64,000 nt of DNA, taken from NCBI GenBank assembly GCA_043809245.1, contig JAZDDZ010000049.1, positions 13,864-77,863 of the forward strand. The letters are read 5' to 3'. Source of the DNA: Candidatus Iainarchaeum sp. GTDB lineage: Archaea; Iainarchaeota; Iainarchaeia; Iainarchaeales; JAZDDZ01. The notes beneath the pieces are model-generated. The model was not told where the DNA came from, did no database searches, and saw only the letters and a program-made list of their open reading frames with translations. Below are positions 1 through 8,612 of this stretch, piece after piece (positions within the stretch are counted from its first letter, which is position 1; each line of letters starts with the position of its first letter). The position numbers were made by a program, and so were the translations under genes.

Positions 1-125
1 GGAATCAGCAAAAGAGATAAGGCTAGTAATAGGTTAGCCTAAGCCCGCGACGATTGAATGGGAGTAAAGCGATTTACTTTAAGTAAACATTATGTTTATA
101 AATAGTAAACATTTAAACTACCATT

Positions 126-695
126 ATGAGTGTATTGCCGAAACTGTTGGGCCCATTTAACCTTCAAATGGTTGAAGTGCTGGTTGATGAGAATGTTTCT
201 GCAAGGGCTTTGGCTGGCAAAGTCGGGTGTTCGCCTGCAAAGGTGACGCAGTTCATCAAACTTTTCAGGAGAAACGGCTTGATTGAAATCATTAAGGAGA
301 AAAACAGGAAAATTGTCGCACTTAACAGGCATAACCCGTTGATACGGGAGATTATTTCATTGCTGTTTGTTTACAAAATAATTGGCGCAAGGGCTTTTTC
401 CGAGCTAAGGGGAAAATCGGGTTCAGTGGGGCTTTATGGCAGCGCCGCAGAGGGCACAGTGGACAAAAAAAGCGACATAGATTTATGGGTGGTCAGCGAC
501 AAAAAGTTTTCCCTTGAAAAAGCAGGCGAGTTAAGGATGCGGATAAGCAAGGAGCTTGGAAGGGAAGTTAGCTTAAAATTCTTCACGGAAAAAGACGTTG
601 AAAACCTCAGGCAAAAGGACGCGATTTTTTTCAACGAGCTTGAATACAAGTCAAAGATTCTGGCGGGTGAAGGGTTTGGGCAAAAGCAAAGTTGA
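126..695 (+). CDS. wHTH + Pol-beta superfamily nucleotidyltransferase (MNT-like, minimal NTase of an HEPN/MNT pair)
   Basis: NTase signature GSAAEGTVDKKSDIDLWVV (GS..x9-13..DxD). An N-terminal helix-turn-helix-like segment precedes it. A HEPN homolog follows in the same frame. Confidence 0.7.
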   Translation: MSVLPKLLGPFNLQMVEVLVDENVSARALAGKVGCSPAKVTQFIKLFRRNGLIEIIKEKNRKIVALNRHNPLIREIISLLFVYKIIGARAFSELRGKSGSVGLYGSAAEGTVDKKSDIDLWVVSDKKFSLEKAGELRMRISKELGREVSLKFFTEKDVENLRQKDAIFFNELEYKSKILAGEGFGQKQS

Positions 696-824
696 GGAAT
701 GCTTTGAGCAGGGGCTGCTTAAAAAAATTCGGCCGAACCTCCGCTATTCCGAGCACAGAGCATTAAGCAGGCAGAGCACTTTCTGGATGAAGCATATGAT
801 TTAATAGAGGGCAAGATAAATGAC

Positions 825-1076
825 ATGGCATTCATTGCTTTGTATAACGCCTCGTTTCATGCGGCAAGGGCGATTCTTTTCAGGGACGGGGTAAAGGAAA
901 GAAGCCATTACTGCGTCAGCAAATACATTGAGGAAAAATACCAAGAAAAAGAGCTGATAACTTTGCGCCAGGCAGTGATTCTTGATTCTCTCAGGGAAAA
1001 ACGCAACAGCATCCAGTACTCGCTTGAACCGCCTGAAACCGGGGAAGACCTAAACGAAATCTATGACGAAGTGTAA
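825..1076 (+). CDS. HEPN domain protein (partner of the upstream NTase); homology extends upstream to about 723, before the first ATG
   Basis: AYNASFHAARAILFRDGVKERSHY matches the HEPN (PF05168-type) helix and the conserved R/H motif. The in-frame upstream translation AEHFLDEAYDLIEGKINDM also looks HEPN-like but contains no ATG/GTG/TTG start. Confidence 0.55.
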   Translation: MAFIALYNASFHAARAILFRDGVKERSHYCVSKYIEEKYQEKELITLRQAVILDSLREKRNSIQYSLEPPETGEDLNEIYDEV

Positions 1077-1224
1077 AAACTAATTGAACGAGTGAAAGAA
1101 ATAATCAAAAAAGGAAAAAAACCCGCGCATTAGGCATATGCCTTTTGCCCCAATTTTGTATGCCTAACCTGTTAGGCGGGCGGACTCTATATTGCGCGCG
1201 CGAACCGAAACGCTTTAAAAGTTT

Positions 1225-1246
1225 AGTATATACTGTAGTATATACT
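1225..1246. promoter_or_regulatory. Two tandem copies of the perfect 10-bp palindrome AGTATATACT immediately before the ATG at 1247; putative operator. A TATA-like TTAAAAGT box lies about 27 nt upstream of the start codon.
   Basis: Read directly as AGTATATACT-GT-AGTATATACT-ATG. The downstream gene encodes an AbrB/SpoVT-like DNA-binding N-terminus. Confidence 0.45.
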
Positions 1247-2080
1247 ATGATAAAGCGTTTTGATGTCTTTGAGGAGGTTGTAAAGGAGGTTGTTCCTTTC
1301 GGCAACGGCAGCATTGTTTACACCCCGAAAAAATGGGTTGGCCAGACTGTAAGGGTTATTCTTGAAGGCGAGCCGCTTAACTTAAGGGAAAGCATTATGG
1401 AACCGCTTCAGCCTTTTTTGGAGCACGTTAAAGGCGTTTTCCTTCACGGGAGTTTTGCGAGGAACGAGCAATCAAGAGAGTCGGACATTGACGTGCTAGT
1501 GGTTGCTGATGAAAAATTCGTGCCGGAGAAAAAAGGCCGGCTTGATTTTACCGTGATTAGCGAGGCTGTTTTACGGAAAGAATTGGCGGGAAAAGACCCC
1601 TTCTATGTTTACAATATTTTGCAGGAAGCCAGGCCAATTTTAAACGAAAGCCTGTTAAAAGAGTTGAAGGGAATTAAAATTGACAAGCGGAACTTTAAGT
1701 GGCTTTTGGATGAAAGCGAAAGCGCGTTAAAGATAGCCAAGGAATTCCTGGAATTGGACAGGCAGCAGAAAAGGGAAACGCTTGACTCAACAGCGATAAT
1801 TTACACAATGGTTTTAAGGCTTAAAAGGCTTTTCATGGTTCAACGCGTTTTGGAAAACAAGAAATACTCAAACAAGGGTTTTAAGGAATTCATGGAAAGC
1901 AAGGGCTTGGCAAAAGAACTGGTTGAACGCACCCATAAAATCTACGGGGCGGAAAGGGATGAAAGAAAAGCCGCTGAAAGCATTTCCATTCAGGAAACCG
2001 GACAACTTTATGAAGTGGTTGAAAACGAGTTAAAGAAAATGAAAGGGGAATACAGGTGCCGTCAAAAAAGAAAAAACTGA
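1247..2080 (+). CDS. Fusion protein: AbrB/SpoVT-like swapped-hairpin N-terminus, Pol-beta nucleotidyltransferase, and a C-terminal HEPN-like helical domain
   Basis: VYTPKKWVGQTVRVILEG is an AbrB/MazE-type motif. GSFARNEQSRESDIDVLVV is an NTase motif. The C-terminal 120 aa is helical and HEPN-like. The track ORF begins at 1145, but the first 34 codons are just a translation of the palindromic promoter region. Confidence 0.6.
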   Translation: MIKRFDVFEEVVKEVVPFGNGSIVYTPKKWVGQTVRVILEGEPLNLRESIMEPLQPFLEHVKGVFLHGSFARNEQSRESDIDVLVVADEKFVPEKKGRLDFTVISEAVLRKELAGKDPFYVYNILQEARPILNESLLKELKGIKIDKRNFKWLLDESESALKIAKEFLELDRQQKRETLDSTAIIYTMVLRLKRLFMVQRVLENKKYSNKGFKEFMESKGLAKELVERTHKIYGAERDERKAAESISIQETGQLYEVVENELKKMKGEYRCRQKRKN

Positions 2081-2435
2081 AAGGAATAGCATCAATTGAA
2101 AAAAGGATAAAAGAGCACGAATTGAAGCTGGCGCAGGCAATCTCCGAAGAAGGAAGGCAATATTTGGTTAAGGATATCAACCGCCTTAAAAAACAAAAAG
2201 AAAGAAAAGAAAGCCAAATTTAGCGCGGGCAAGCGAAAACCCCCTTAAAGGCAAAGGTTCATTAAATTAACTTCCCTTAAATTTAGCGAGGTGTGGTTAA
2301 TGGACTACGATGAGGCCAAAGGGATTCTTGGCGAGTACAGGAGGGGCACGACTTTCCCGAGAAGCGTTTTAGAGGAAGCAAGGGAAACAATCCGTAAAAA
2401 AGAATCGCTTGGCTCGGTAATGGGAAGAATCTGAA

Positions 2436-3800
2436 TCAGCACAATTCCAAGCAAAACTTTTTCGCTTCGGAAAGCTTATCCATCAAATCGTCCGCGTTAA
2501 ACATTTCGCCTTTTTCTTCCAACAACAAATCACCTGCAAAGCCGTTCAAAAACGCAGCAGCCAAAGCGCTATGCAACAAATCATTCTTTGCGGCAAAGCC
2601 AACCAGCAAGCCGGCAAGCACATCGCCTGTTCCGCCAGAAGTCATCATAGCGTTGCCTGAAAAATTCCTGTAAACGCGTTTTCCGTCGCTGACCAAATCC
2701 ACTTCGCCCTTCAGCAGAATCGCGCAGCCGAATTTCTTCGCCATCGCCTTCACATTCGCCTCGGTTGCGGCAACTCCAAACAATACCTTGAACTCGCCTG
2801 CATGAGGCGTCAGGCAGCAATTCTTCGTCAACAATTTTTTGTCCAGCAGGTGAAGCGCGGAGGCATCCAAAACGAATTTTTTAGAGGCGCCAAATTTTTT
2901 TAACAAGCCGTTAACAGTTTTCTTGGTTTTTTTATCCAAGGGAAGCCCGGGACCGACCAAAACAGCATCCGCTCCCTTTGCGATTTTTTCAGCTTCTTTC
3001 AGTTCCGAGACAATGAATTCAGGGGAAAACTTTTTCACAACCGAAACATTTTCTTTTTCCGTTGCAAAGAAAACCAAATCCACCAAGCGCGAGGCCGTGA
3101 TTCCCGAGAAAAGCGCTGCACCGTGCCATTTTTTGGAGCCTGCAACAATCAGCACTTTTCCGTTTTCACCCTTATGGCTTCCCGCTTTCCTTTGCGCCAA
3201 AAACTTCACATACCCTGGACCTGCAATGGATTCCAGTTCCTTGGGAATGCCAATGCCAACAACCACTGCGCCCTGCACTTTTTTTTCATGCAGCGAAATA
3301 ACCAAATCCGCATTGAAGCCAGGCGCTGGGGCGTCCACTGCTATTTTTTTTGCGCGCAAGGAATTAATTCGCTTGATGATTGAATTAAATGGTTCTTTCA
3401 GTTTTCCTTTCACGCCAACGCCAAACAATGCTTCAACAACCAAATCAGCTTTCACTGCCTTTGGACTATCCGCCGCGTTTATTAAAACAATTTTTTTCAC
3501 TTTCTTTATTTTTTTAAGGCGTTCCCAATTGCTTCGCGCTTCAATTGTCTTTATTTCAGAAGGTTTTCCCGCCAAAAAAACCGTCACCCTATTTTTTCCG
3601 CTTAAATATCGCGCTGCAACGAATCCGTCGCCTCCGTTGTTTCCCAAGCCGCAGAAAATCGCGATGCTTTTGCCTGAGCCGAACCTTTTTTCAATCTCTC
3701 GCGCAATGCCTTTGCCTGCGTTATCCATCAATTGCTCAACAGGATAGCCGTAGAACTGCGCATTGCAGTCAAGGATTTTGGTTGAAAGCAATAGGTTCAA
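2436..3800 (-). CDS. nnr: Bifunctional NAD(P)H-hydrate repair enzyme (YjeF-N epimerase + ADP-dependent dehydratase)
   Basis: The N-terminal half carries the YjeF-N motif FCGLGNNGGDGFVAARYL. The C-terminal half carries the carbohydrate-kinase-like motifs VLVGPGL and GGTGDVLAGLL. Confidence 0.85.
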   Translation of the reverse strand: MNLLLSTKILDCNAQFYGYPVEQLMDNAGKGIAREIEKRFGSGKSIAIFCGLGNNGGDGFVAARYLSGKNRVTVFLAGKPSEIKTIEARSNWERLKKIKKVKKIVLINAADSPKAVKADLVVEALFGVGVKGKLKEPFNSIIKRINSLRAKKIAVDAPAPGFNADLVISLHEKKVQGAVVVGIGIPKELESIAGPGYVKFLAQRKAGSHKGENGKVLIVAGSKKWHGAALFSGITASRLVDLVFFATEKENVSVVKKFSPEFIVSELKEAEKIAKGADAVLVGPGLPLDKKTKKTVNGLLKKFGASKKFVLDASALHLLDKKLLTKNCCLTPHAGEFKVLFGVAATEANVKAMAKKFGCAILLKGEVDLVSDGKRVYRNFSGNAMMTSGGTGDVLAGLLVGFAAKNDLLHSALAAAFLNGFAGDLLLEEKGEMFNADDLMDKLSEAKKFCLELC

Positions 3801-3871
3801 GTTTTTTCACCCGCAGTAAGTAGATTAGCGTAATAAATTGAATAAAAAGCCTTGCCTTAAAGGGGAGTAAA

Positions 3872-3890
3872 AAGCAATATCTTTATAATA
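3872..3890 (+). promoter_or_regulatory. Archaeal TATA box (TTTATAATA) about 25 nt upstream of the ATG at 3913; implies a leaderless mRNA
   Basis: AAAGCAATATCTTTATAATAAC then about 22 nt to ATGGAG. The spacing fits an archaeal BRE/TATA promoter. Confidence 0.4.
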
Positions 3891-3912
3891 ACATTTCGTG
3901 TTACATTGTGTT

Positions 3913-4206
3913 ATGGAGTACGTTTCGTTCAAGCTGGAAAAAAACGTTTTGGAGCAGATTGACAGGGACATGAAGGCGTTTCATTACAGCACGCGCTCGG
4001 ATTTTTTCAGGGAAGCCGTAAGGGAAAAGCTGAAAAGCCTTGGCGAGGACAAGGAAAGGAAAAAGGCATTTAAGGCGCTTTACGCTACAAGAGGCATTTT
4101 CAAAGGAAAGGGCAAGTCAAAAACAGACGAGGAATTCAGGGCTTTAAGGGAAGAGGCTGGAAAGGAATTCATGGAGATTCTTGGCAAAAGATTCAATCAA
4201 AAATGA
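3913..4206 (+). CDS. Ribbon-helix-helix (CopG/VapB-like) DNA-binding protein
   Basis: MEYVSFKLEKNVLEQIDRDMKAFHYSTRSDFFREAVREKL fits the RHH beta-strand plus two helices. The C-terminal tail is basic. Confidence 0.55.
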   Translation: MEYVSFKLEKNVLEQIDRDMKAFHYSTRSDFFREAVREKLKSLGEDKERKKAFKALYATRGIFKGKGKSKTDEEFRALREEAGKEFMEILGKRFNQK

Positions 4207-4615
4207 CTTCTTCCGGAGCCAAAACGCCAATCAAATCATTCAAGCACTCAAAATGCCTGTCCCTCGTGACAAGAACTGCGTTATTGTCCCTTGCAAGTAT
4301 TGCGTGAAGCGCGTCAGATTCATGCGTTTCCCTTCTTTTAGCGGCAATCAGTTTTGCCTCCCTGTATTGTTTGGGATAAATGCTTACACACTCGAGGAAT
4401 GCGCTGAAAAAAGAAAAGGCATCTTTTATCCTTTCGGCAGAATACTCTTTCCTTAGCTCGAAAACTACAAGCTCGGAATAAAGCGCCCTGCACCCGAACA
4501 TTTCACAGTTCTTCAGGAACCTGAATGCGAATTCCCCCAAAGGCCTTAACCCGTCGCTTCTGCCCTCAAAGTAATCCCGCCAGATTGCAGTATCCAAATA
4601 AAACTTTTTAGCCAT
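4193..4615 (-). CDS. PIN-domain (VapC-like) ribonuclease
   Basis: The N-terminus YLDTAIW carries the conserved Asp. Central acidic residues are present, and the C-terminus VLVTRDRHF is the PIN motif. Confidence 0.7.
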   Translation of the reverse strand: MAKKFYLDTAIWRDYFEGRSDGLRPLGEFAFRFLKNCEMFGCRALYSELVVFELRKEYSAERIKDAFSFFSAFLECVSIYPKQYREAKLIAAKRRETHESDALHAILARDNNAVLVTRDRHFECLNDLIGVLAPEEVIFD

Positions 4616-4691
4616 GAAAAAACTGCTGCAATCACGCGCTTAAAAACCTCTCTAGACAGTGCGTTGCCGGTGCGAAAAGAGAAAATACAAT

Positions 4692-5519
4692 TCAAATCTC
4701 CGCAAAAACATTCGCGCCTTCAAACACGCTTTCAGGGTTATAGCCCCCCTCCAAAACCATGAAGTGCGGGTATTTTGCCAGAATTTCTTTTATTTTTTCA
4801 TAAGAGCGTTTTGTGAGTTCAAAGCCAGTGTTCGGGCCTAAAACTCCTTTGTCCTTGTAATAGGAGTCAAAGCCAGCGCTGACTGCGACAATGTCAGGCG
4901 CGAATTCCTTTAACGCAGGCGCAAGCTTTTGCTCCAAGAGGCGAACATAGGTTACGTCAAGGACTGTTCCATGCAAAGGGTAATTGGAGAAATTTTTTCC
5001 GGATTCAGTGCCTGTTCCGGGAAAAGCATCAGCCTGGTGGATGGAAAAATAATGGCAGTTCTCCTCGGATTCAAGGATTGCCTGTGTTCCGTTGCCGTGA
5101 TGCAAGTCAAAGTCAAAAACAAAAACCCTTTTGCCTTTTTTCAGAAGATATTTTGCGGCAATCGCAATGTTGTTGAATAAGCAGAAGCCCATGCCGTTGT
5201 TTTCCGAGGCGTGGTGGCCTGGGGGGCGCACCAAAGCAAATGACTGGGTTTCAGCCGCGCCAATTGCAGCGCCAACCGCATAACATGCGACTTCAAAGCT
5301 TTTCTCGCTTAACGGAGTGTCCTGGCTCAAAGAGCCCTTTTCTTTCGCGGTTTTTTTCACGTATTCAATGTAGGCGTCAGAGTGCGTGAGCTTGAGGTAG
5401 CCTTCGCCGTTCACTATCCTTGAATCCTTCAAATGGGAAAACATTGAAAGGCGAGCGGGGTTCTCTGGATGAGAGCCTGTGTCGTGCTGGAGGAAAATGG
5501 AGTTATAGATGATGCGCAT
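4692..5519 (-). CDS. Histone deacetylase-family (class I/II HDAC / AcuC-like) Zn-amidohydrolase, compact 275-aa form
   Basis: RPPGHHA and DFDLHHGNGTQ are the HDAC catalytic/Zn motifs. GGYNPES sits near the C-terminus. Confidence 0.8.
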   Translation of the reverse strand: MRIIYNSIFLQHDTGSHPENPARLSMFSHLKDSRIVNGEGYLKLTHSDAYIEYVKKTAKEKGSLSQDTPLSEKSFEVACYAVGAAIGAAETQSFALVRPPGHHASENNGMGFCLFNNIAIAAKYLLKKGKRVFVFDFDLHHGNGTQAILESEENCHYFSIHQADAFPGTGTESGKNFSNYPLHGTVLDVTYVRLLEQKLAPALKEFAPDIVAVSAGFDSYYKDKGVLGPNTGFELTKRSYEKIKEILAKYPHFMVLEGGYNPESVFEGANVFAEI

Positions 5520-5597
5520 GAGAAAAGAAAGGGATTAATTGAATAAAAAACTATCCTGAAGTGCCATCAGAAAAATAGGTGTGTTTTTTGCAAAGCA

Positions 5598-5951
5598 TTA
5601 TGCAAATAAATTAACATTACTTGTAATCACCCAAATAGAAACCATAACGGCGAGTAAATGGAATATTACGGCAATAAAAAAATATAACAGCTGCTTTTTT
5701 CTGTCAACATAAATTGGGGGAATCAACGGCTCCCAAATGTTCAAATCTAAAATTCCAGTCTTAATACTTTTAATCAGGCTATAGGAAAAAAACAGCAAAA
5801 GAATTATGCCAACAAAAAAGGAGATATTTGACCCATGCGGCTTAAAGAAAGGGATTACAAAAATAACAAGAAAAAAGGAAATAGCCGAAACCAAAACAAG
5901 GATAACCGTGCCGGAAATTGAAGGCCTTAAGTCCGCTAAGTCCGCTGTCAT
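5598..5951 (-). CDS. Small integral membrane protein, function unknown
   Basis: Three hydrophobic segments; no recognizable motif. Confidence 0.35.
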   Translation of the reverse strand: MTADLADLRPSISGTVILVLVSAISFFLVIFVIPFFKPHGSNISFFVGIILLLFFSYSLIKSIKTGILDLNIWEPLIPPIYVDRKKQLLYFFIAVIFHLLAVMVSIWVITSNVNLFA

Positions 5952-5990
5952 AGCAAATTAAATGGAAAAAAGGGGATAAAAAGGCTTTTG

Positions 5991-6296
5991 CTAGCCGCGC
6001 TTCTCTTCCTTTATGGCTTTCCCTTCCTTTGTATAAATTCGTCTCACAGCCATTCCTTTTTCAGGGTGCTTTGGGTGCATGCTTTCAGCCCTGAATGCAA
6101 CAAGGCCGCTTCCAGGGAATTGCCGATAGGTTATTCTTCCAACCTTGACTCCTTCAGGCGAAGAAGCAATTTTTTTAATGAAACGACTGGACAAACGGCG
6201 CTTAACCCACATGAAAAAATCAAGCGCAAACCAATATTTATTGCTTTTGCCACAGGCATATCTTATATTATGCCTGAACGCGGAAACCCTGTTCAC
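5991..6296 (-). CDS. Possible ribosomal protein L35Ae (weak); a basic 74-101 aa protein
   Basis: GRITYRQFPGSGLVAFRAE...KGMAVRRIY resembles the L35Ae core (GK[IV]xRxHGxxGxVRAxF...G). The real start may be the internal Met at 6212. It overlaps the compositionally poor 5' part of the plus-strand ORF 5988..6869. Confidence 0.4.
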   Translation of the reverse strand: MNRVSAFRHNIRYACGKSNKYWFALDFFMWVKRRLSSRFIKKIASSPEGVKVGRITYRQFPGSGLVAFRAESMHPKHPEKGMAVRRIYTKEGKAIKEEKRG

Positions 6297-6305
6297 GGGA
6301 TAAAA

Positions 6306-6869
6306 ATGGTTCCATTAACCACCCTAGAGAAAAAAGGCGAGCTAAAAATTTCTTTTGAAATTGCGAAAGGCAGCAGGCCAAGCAATTCTTTCCTGACAAG
6401 CCCCTGGCTTTCGGGCTTGATTGAAAAAACATGCCTTGCAGAGGGAACAAAAGTCGGCTTCGTAGAATTGAAAAACACTGGCTACAAGCTTTATTCCTTG
6501 GACATCCACCCTTTCGTTTACGCACCCGAGGAAGCGCAGGACCTTTTAATGGGTAAAAGGTTCGGTGAAAAACTCAGCGAAATGGCTTTGGTTGAGGCAA
6601 GAAAAAGATTGGGAGAAGTTAAAATCAGCCCCTACCACGCGGGAACCTCGGGGCCAATGCAAAAGCTTCTCAAAAGATGGGGTGTAAAAGTCAGGCCAAG
6701 CGGTTCATTTGAAGCGGGCATCACAGGCATGATTGAAGGCGCAAGAAAATCGTTAAACGAATTCAAAAGCAAGCGCAGCCAAATTCAAAAAATGGCCAAC
6801 GCACTAACCAATTTAAAGCAAAAAAAAGCAGGCTTTTCTTACGTGAAAAGAAAAGCGCCGAGAAAGTAG
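6306..6869 (+). CDS. Conserved-looking hypothetical protein (about 188 aa), function unknown
   Basis: The clean ORF portion begins MVPLTTLEKKGELKISFEIAKG. The upstream part of the track ORF (5988..) is low-complexity and overlaps the L35Ae-like gene, so it was trimmed. Confidence 0.4.
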   Translation: MVPLTTLEKKGELKISFEIAKGSRPSNSFLTSPWLSGLIEKTCLAEGTKVGFVELKNTGYKLYSLDIHPFVYAPEEAQDLLMGKRFGEKLSEMALVEARKRLGEVKISPYHAGTSGPMQKLLKRWGVKVRPSGSFEAGITGMIEGARKSLNEFKSKRSQIQKMANALTNLKQKKAGFSYVKRKAPRK

Positions 6870-6926
6870 CTACATTTCCCAAGCCGTAGGCTTGGGCTTT
6901 TTTGATAAACCTTTTTTTAAAAAGGT

Positions 6927-6951
6927 TTGGACCCAGCGGGAATTGAACCCG
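6927..6951. repeat. attL-like 25-bp direct repeat TTGGACCCAGCGGGAATTGAACCCG. It is a duplicate of the 3' end (T-arm + acceptor) of tRNA-Ala at 22864..22888.
   Basis: An exact 25/25 match was read in both places. It defines the left boundary of the integrated element. Confidence 0.8.
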
Positions 6952-7033
6952 GTCATTTTCGGTAGTTTGTAGGCAGTTCACGGGTTCGGTTTTTTGAGAT
7001 GTTTTAGTTATTTTATTCATTTTTACCTACCTC

Positions 7034-7864
7034 CTAATTTTCTTTTACTTTTTTATTTCCTTCATCATCCCAGCATTTGTCCCTAGTTTTTTCCAGTTCA
7101 AAGTGGAGTTCTACTAATGATTTGTTAAATCCAGGTTTTTTAACAATGAAATCAGCGAAAATTGGTACGAATGCCCCCAAGGTTTTGTCCATCAAGTCTA
7201 ATGTAAAATATATACAATCAGCAGCCATTTCTTTGTCGAATGTGTTAGTTCGCAATCCTGTTAAGGAAGGATGAGAGTAACTACCTGAGAGCCCATGGTA
7301 AACCGATTCAAAATTCTTGCCTATGTCTACTTCATAGAGTTCTTTGATTATGTATGAGTGCCAAAATTGTTTTTCCTTTAGCTTCCCGGTTTTCATGAAC
7401 ACATTTATTTCCTCTTTCGAGTATTTGTTTTTTCTTAACCATTCTTCAACTTTACCTGGATTTTTTCTTAGGTATTCCATTGTTACAAATACTTCATAAG
7501 CAAGCCGCAGATTGTTGTAACAAGCTCCGTAGTGTGCATCGCATAACGCACGATATATTGCTAAAAAAAGGTCGGCATTTTTACTTAACAAAAGTTGGCT
7601 TGTCTGTAAAAGAAGATTTTCCTTAAATATTTCAATATCTAAGCTAGGGAGATGCGTAGCCTGGTAAATATGTGCCAACGCCTTCTTGAACAAAAACGAT
7701 TCTTTAGGGAAGGTATTTTCAAATGTTGTCTGTTCCGTCTCTAACCTTCGTAAAATACTTTGGAAATTTTTATTGAAGTTAAGGGGGCTTAGGCCATCCC
7801 AGTATGTGGCGAGTAGAACATTAGATTCTTCTTTAGAGCACTGCTTTGAATTCCCGTTCTTCAT
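7034..7864 (-). CDS. Hypothetical protein (276 aa), third gene of a tight three-gene operon at the left end of the element
   Basis: Long ORF 4 nt after the upstream gene. No recognized motif. Confidence 0.4.
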   Translation of the reverse strand: MKNGNSKQCSKEESNVLLATYWDGLSPLNFNKNFQSILRRLETEQTTFENTFPKESFLFKKALAHIYQATHLPSLDIEIFKENLLLQTSQLLLSKNADLFLAIYRALCDAHYGACYNNLRLAYEVFVTMEYLRKNPGKVEEWLRKNKYSKEEINVFMKTGKLKEKQFWHSYIIKELYEVDIGKNFESVYHGLSGSYSHPSLTGLRTNTFDKEMAADCIYFTLDLMDKTLGAFVPIFADFIVKKPGFNKSLVELHFELEKTRDKCWDDEGNKKVKEN

Positions 7865-7868
7865 CTTG

Positions 7869-8612
7869 TTACCTTCTCTTTTTTTCTATCAAATAGTTTA
7901 CATTAAAATTGATGAATGAGCAGACGTTCTCTTTTGTTTCTCTGATAAAACTATCTAATGGTTTTCCGTCAATTTGCATCGGTATGCAATCTATTCTTGT
8001 TGGCGAGCCAACTTCTTTTTCCATGCAGCTCCAAAAAGCAGTCGCTTTTACTTCATATTTGTTCATTATGAAGTAATGCACTATGTCAACTCTTTTTTTG
8101 TTGAGTCCTTCAACCCAGGTTTGCCATTGTTCAATATAATATTTCTTAAGTTCTGGTTCTTGTTTTTCGAGCCTTTCAGATATAGCATTATATTTCTCAG
8201 TGTTCTCAATTAGTGCCTTCATTAGTTTTTGTAATGATTCAACCTCATCGCCAAGTAATACTTCCAATGAAAGTTTTATCTGATATCGAACAGCTCTAAT
8301 GCAAGTTTCAATAAAAGAATCAAACGAAAAAGCGAAGTCGGTGAATACTCTCACATGGCCTGAATGTACTACTTTGTGTTGTACTGCGGTGCTAAACTTA
8401 AAATCGTCTTTATTTTTTTGTAATCTACGCATCATGTCGTTAATTGCATTTTCTTTAATCTTTTCAAAAACAAAGTTATGGGTTGCTAAGCATTGCTTTT
8501 CCAAAAATTTTGTTTTTTCCAGCAGAAAATTAATGTCATCTACTTTATAGGAATATTCCTGCGTGCCTAACCTTGCCTTTAGTTCGGGGAAAAAGATTGT
8601 TTCTTCTGTCAT
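7869..8612 (-). CDS. Hypothetical protein (247 aa), middle gene of the three-gene operon
   Basis: Its start overlaps the stop of the upstream gene by 4 nt (ATGA). No recognized motif. Confidence 0.4.
   Translation of the reverse strand: MTEETIFFPELKARLGTQEYSYKVDDINFLLEKTKFLEKQCLATHNFVFEKIKENAINDMMRRLQKNKDDFKFSTAVQHKVVHSGHVRVFTDFAFSFDSFIETCIRAVRYQIKLSLEVLLGDEVESLQKLMKALIENTEKYNAISERLEKQEPELKKYYIEQWQTWVEGLNKKRVDIVHYFIMNKYEVKATAFWSCMEKEVGSPTRIDCIPMQIDGKPLDSFIRETKENVCSFINFNVNYLIEKKRR

Noticed and set aside
1145-1246. N-terminal 34 codons of the track ORF 1145..2080
   Set aside because: They are a translation of the TATA-like box and the AGTATATACT palindromes. The real start is taken as the ATG at 1247.
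2923-3747. 274-aa plus-strand ORF antisense to nnr
   Set aside because: Ser/Pro/Phe-rich low-complexity translation lying entirely inside a well-supported gene on the other strand.
6763-7020. 85-aa minus-strand ORF spanning the attL repeat
   Set aside because: It is a translation of the tRNA-derived repeat and AT-rich junction. There is no coding signal.
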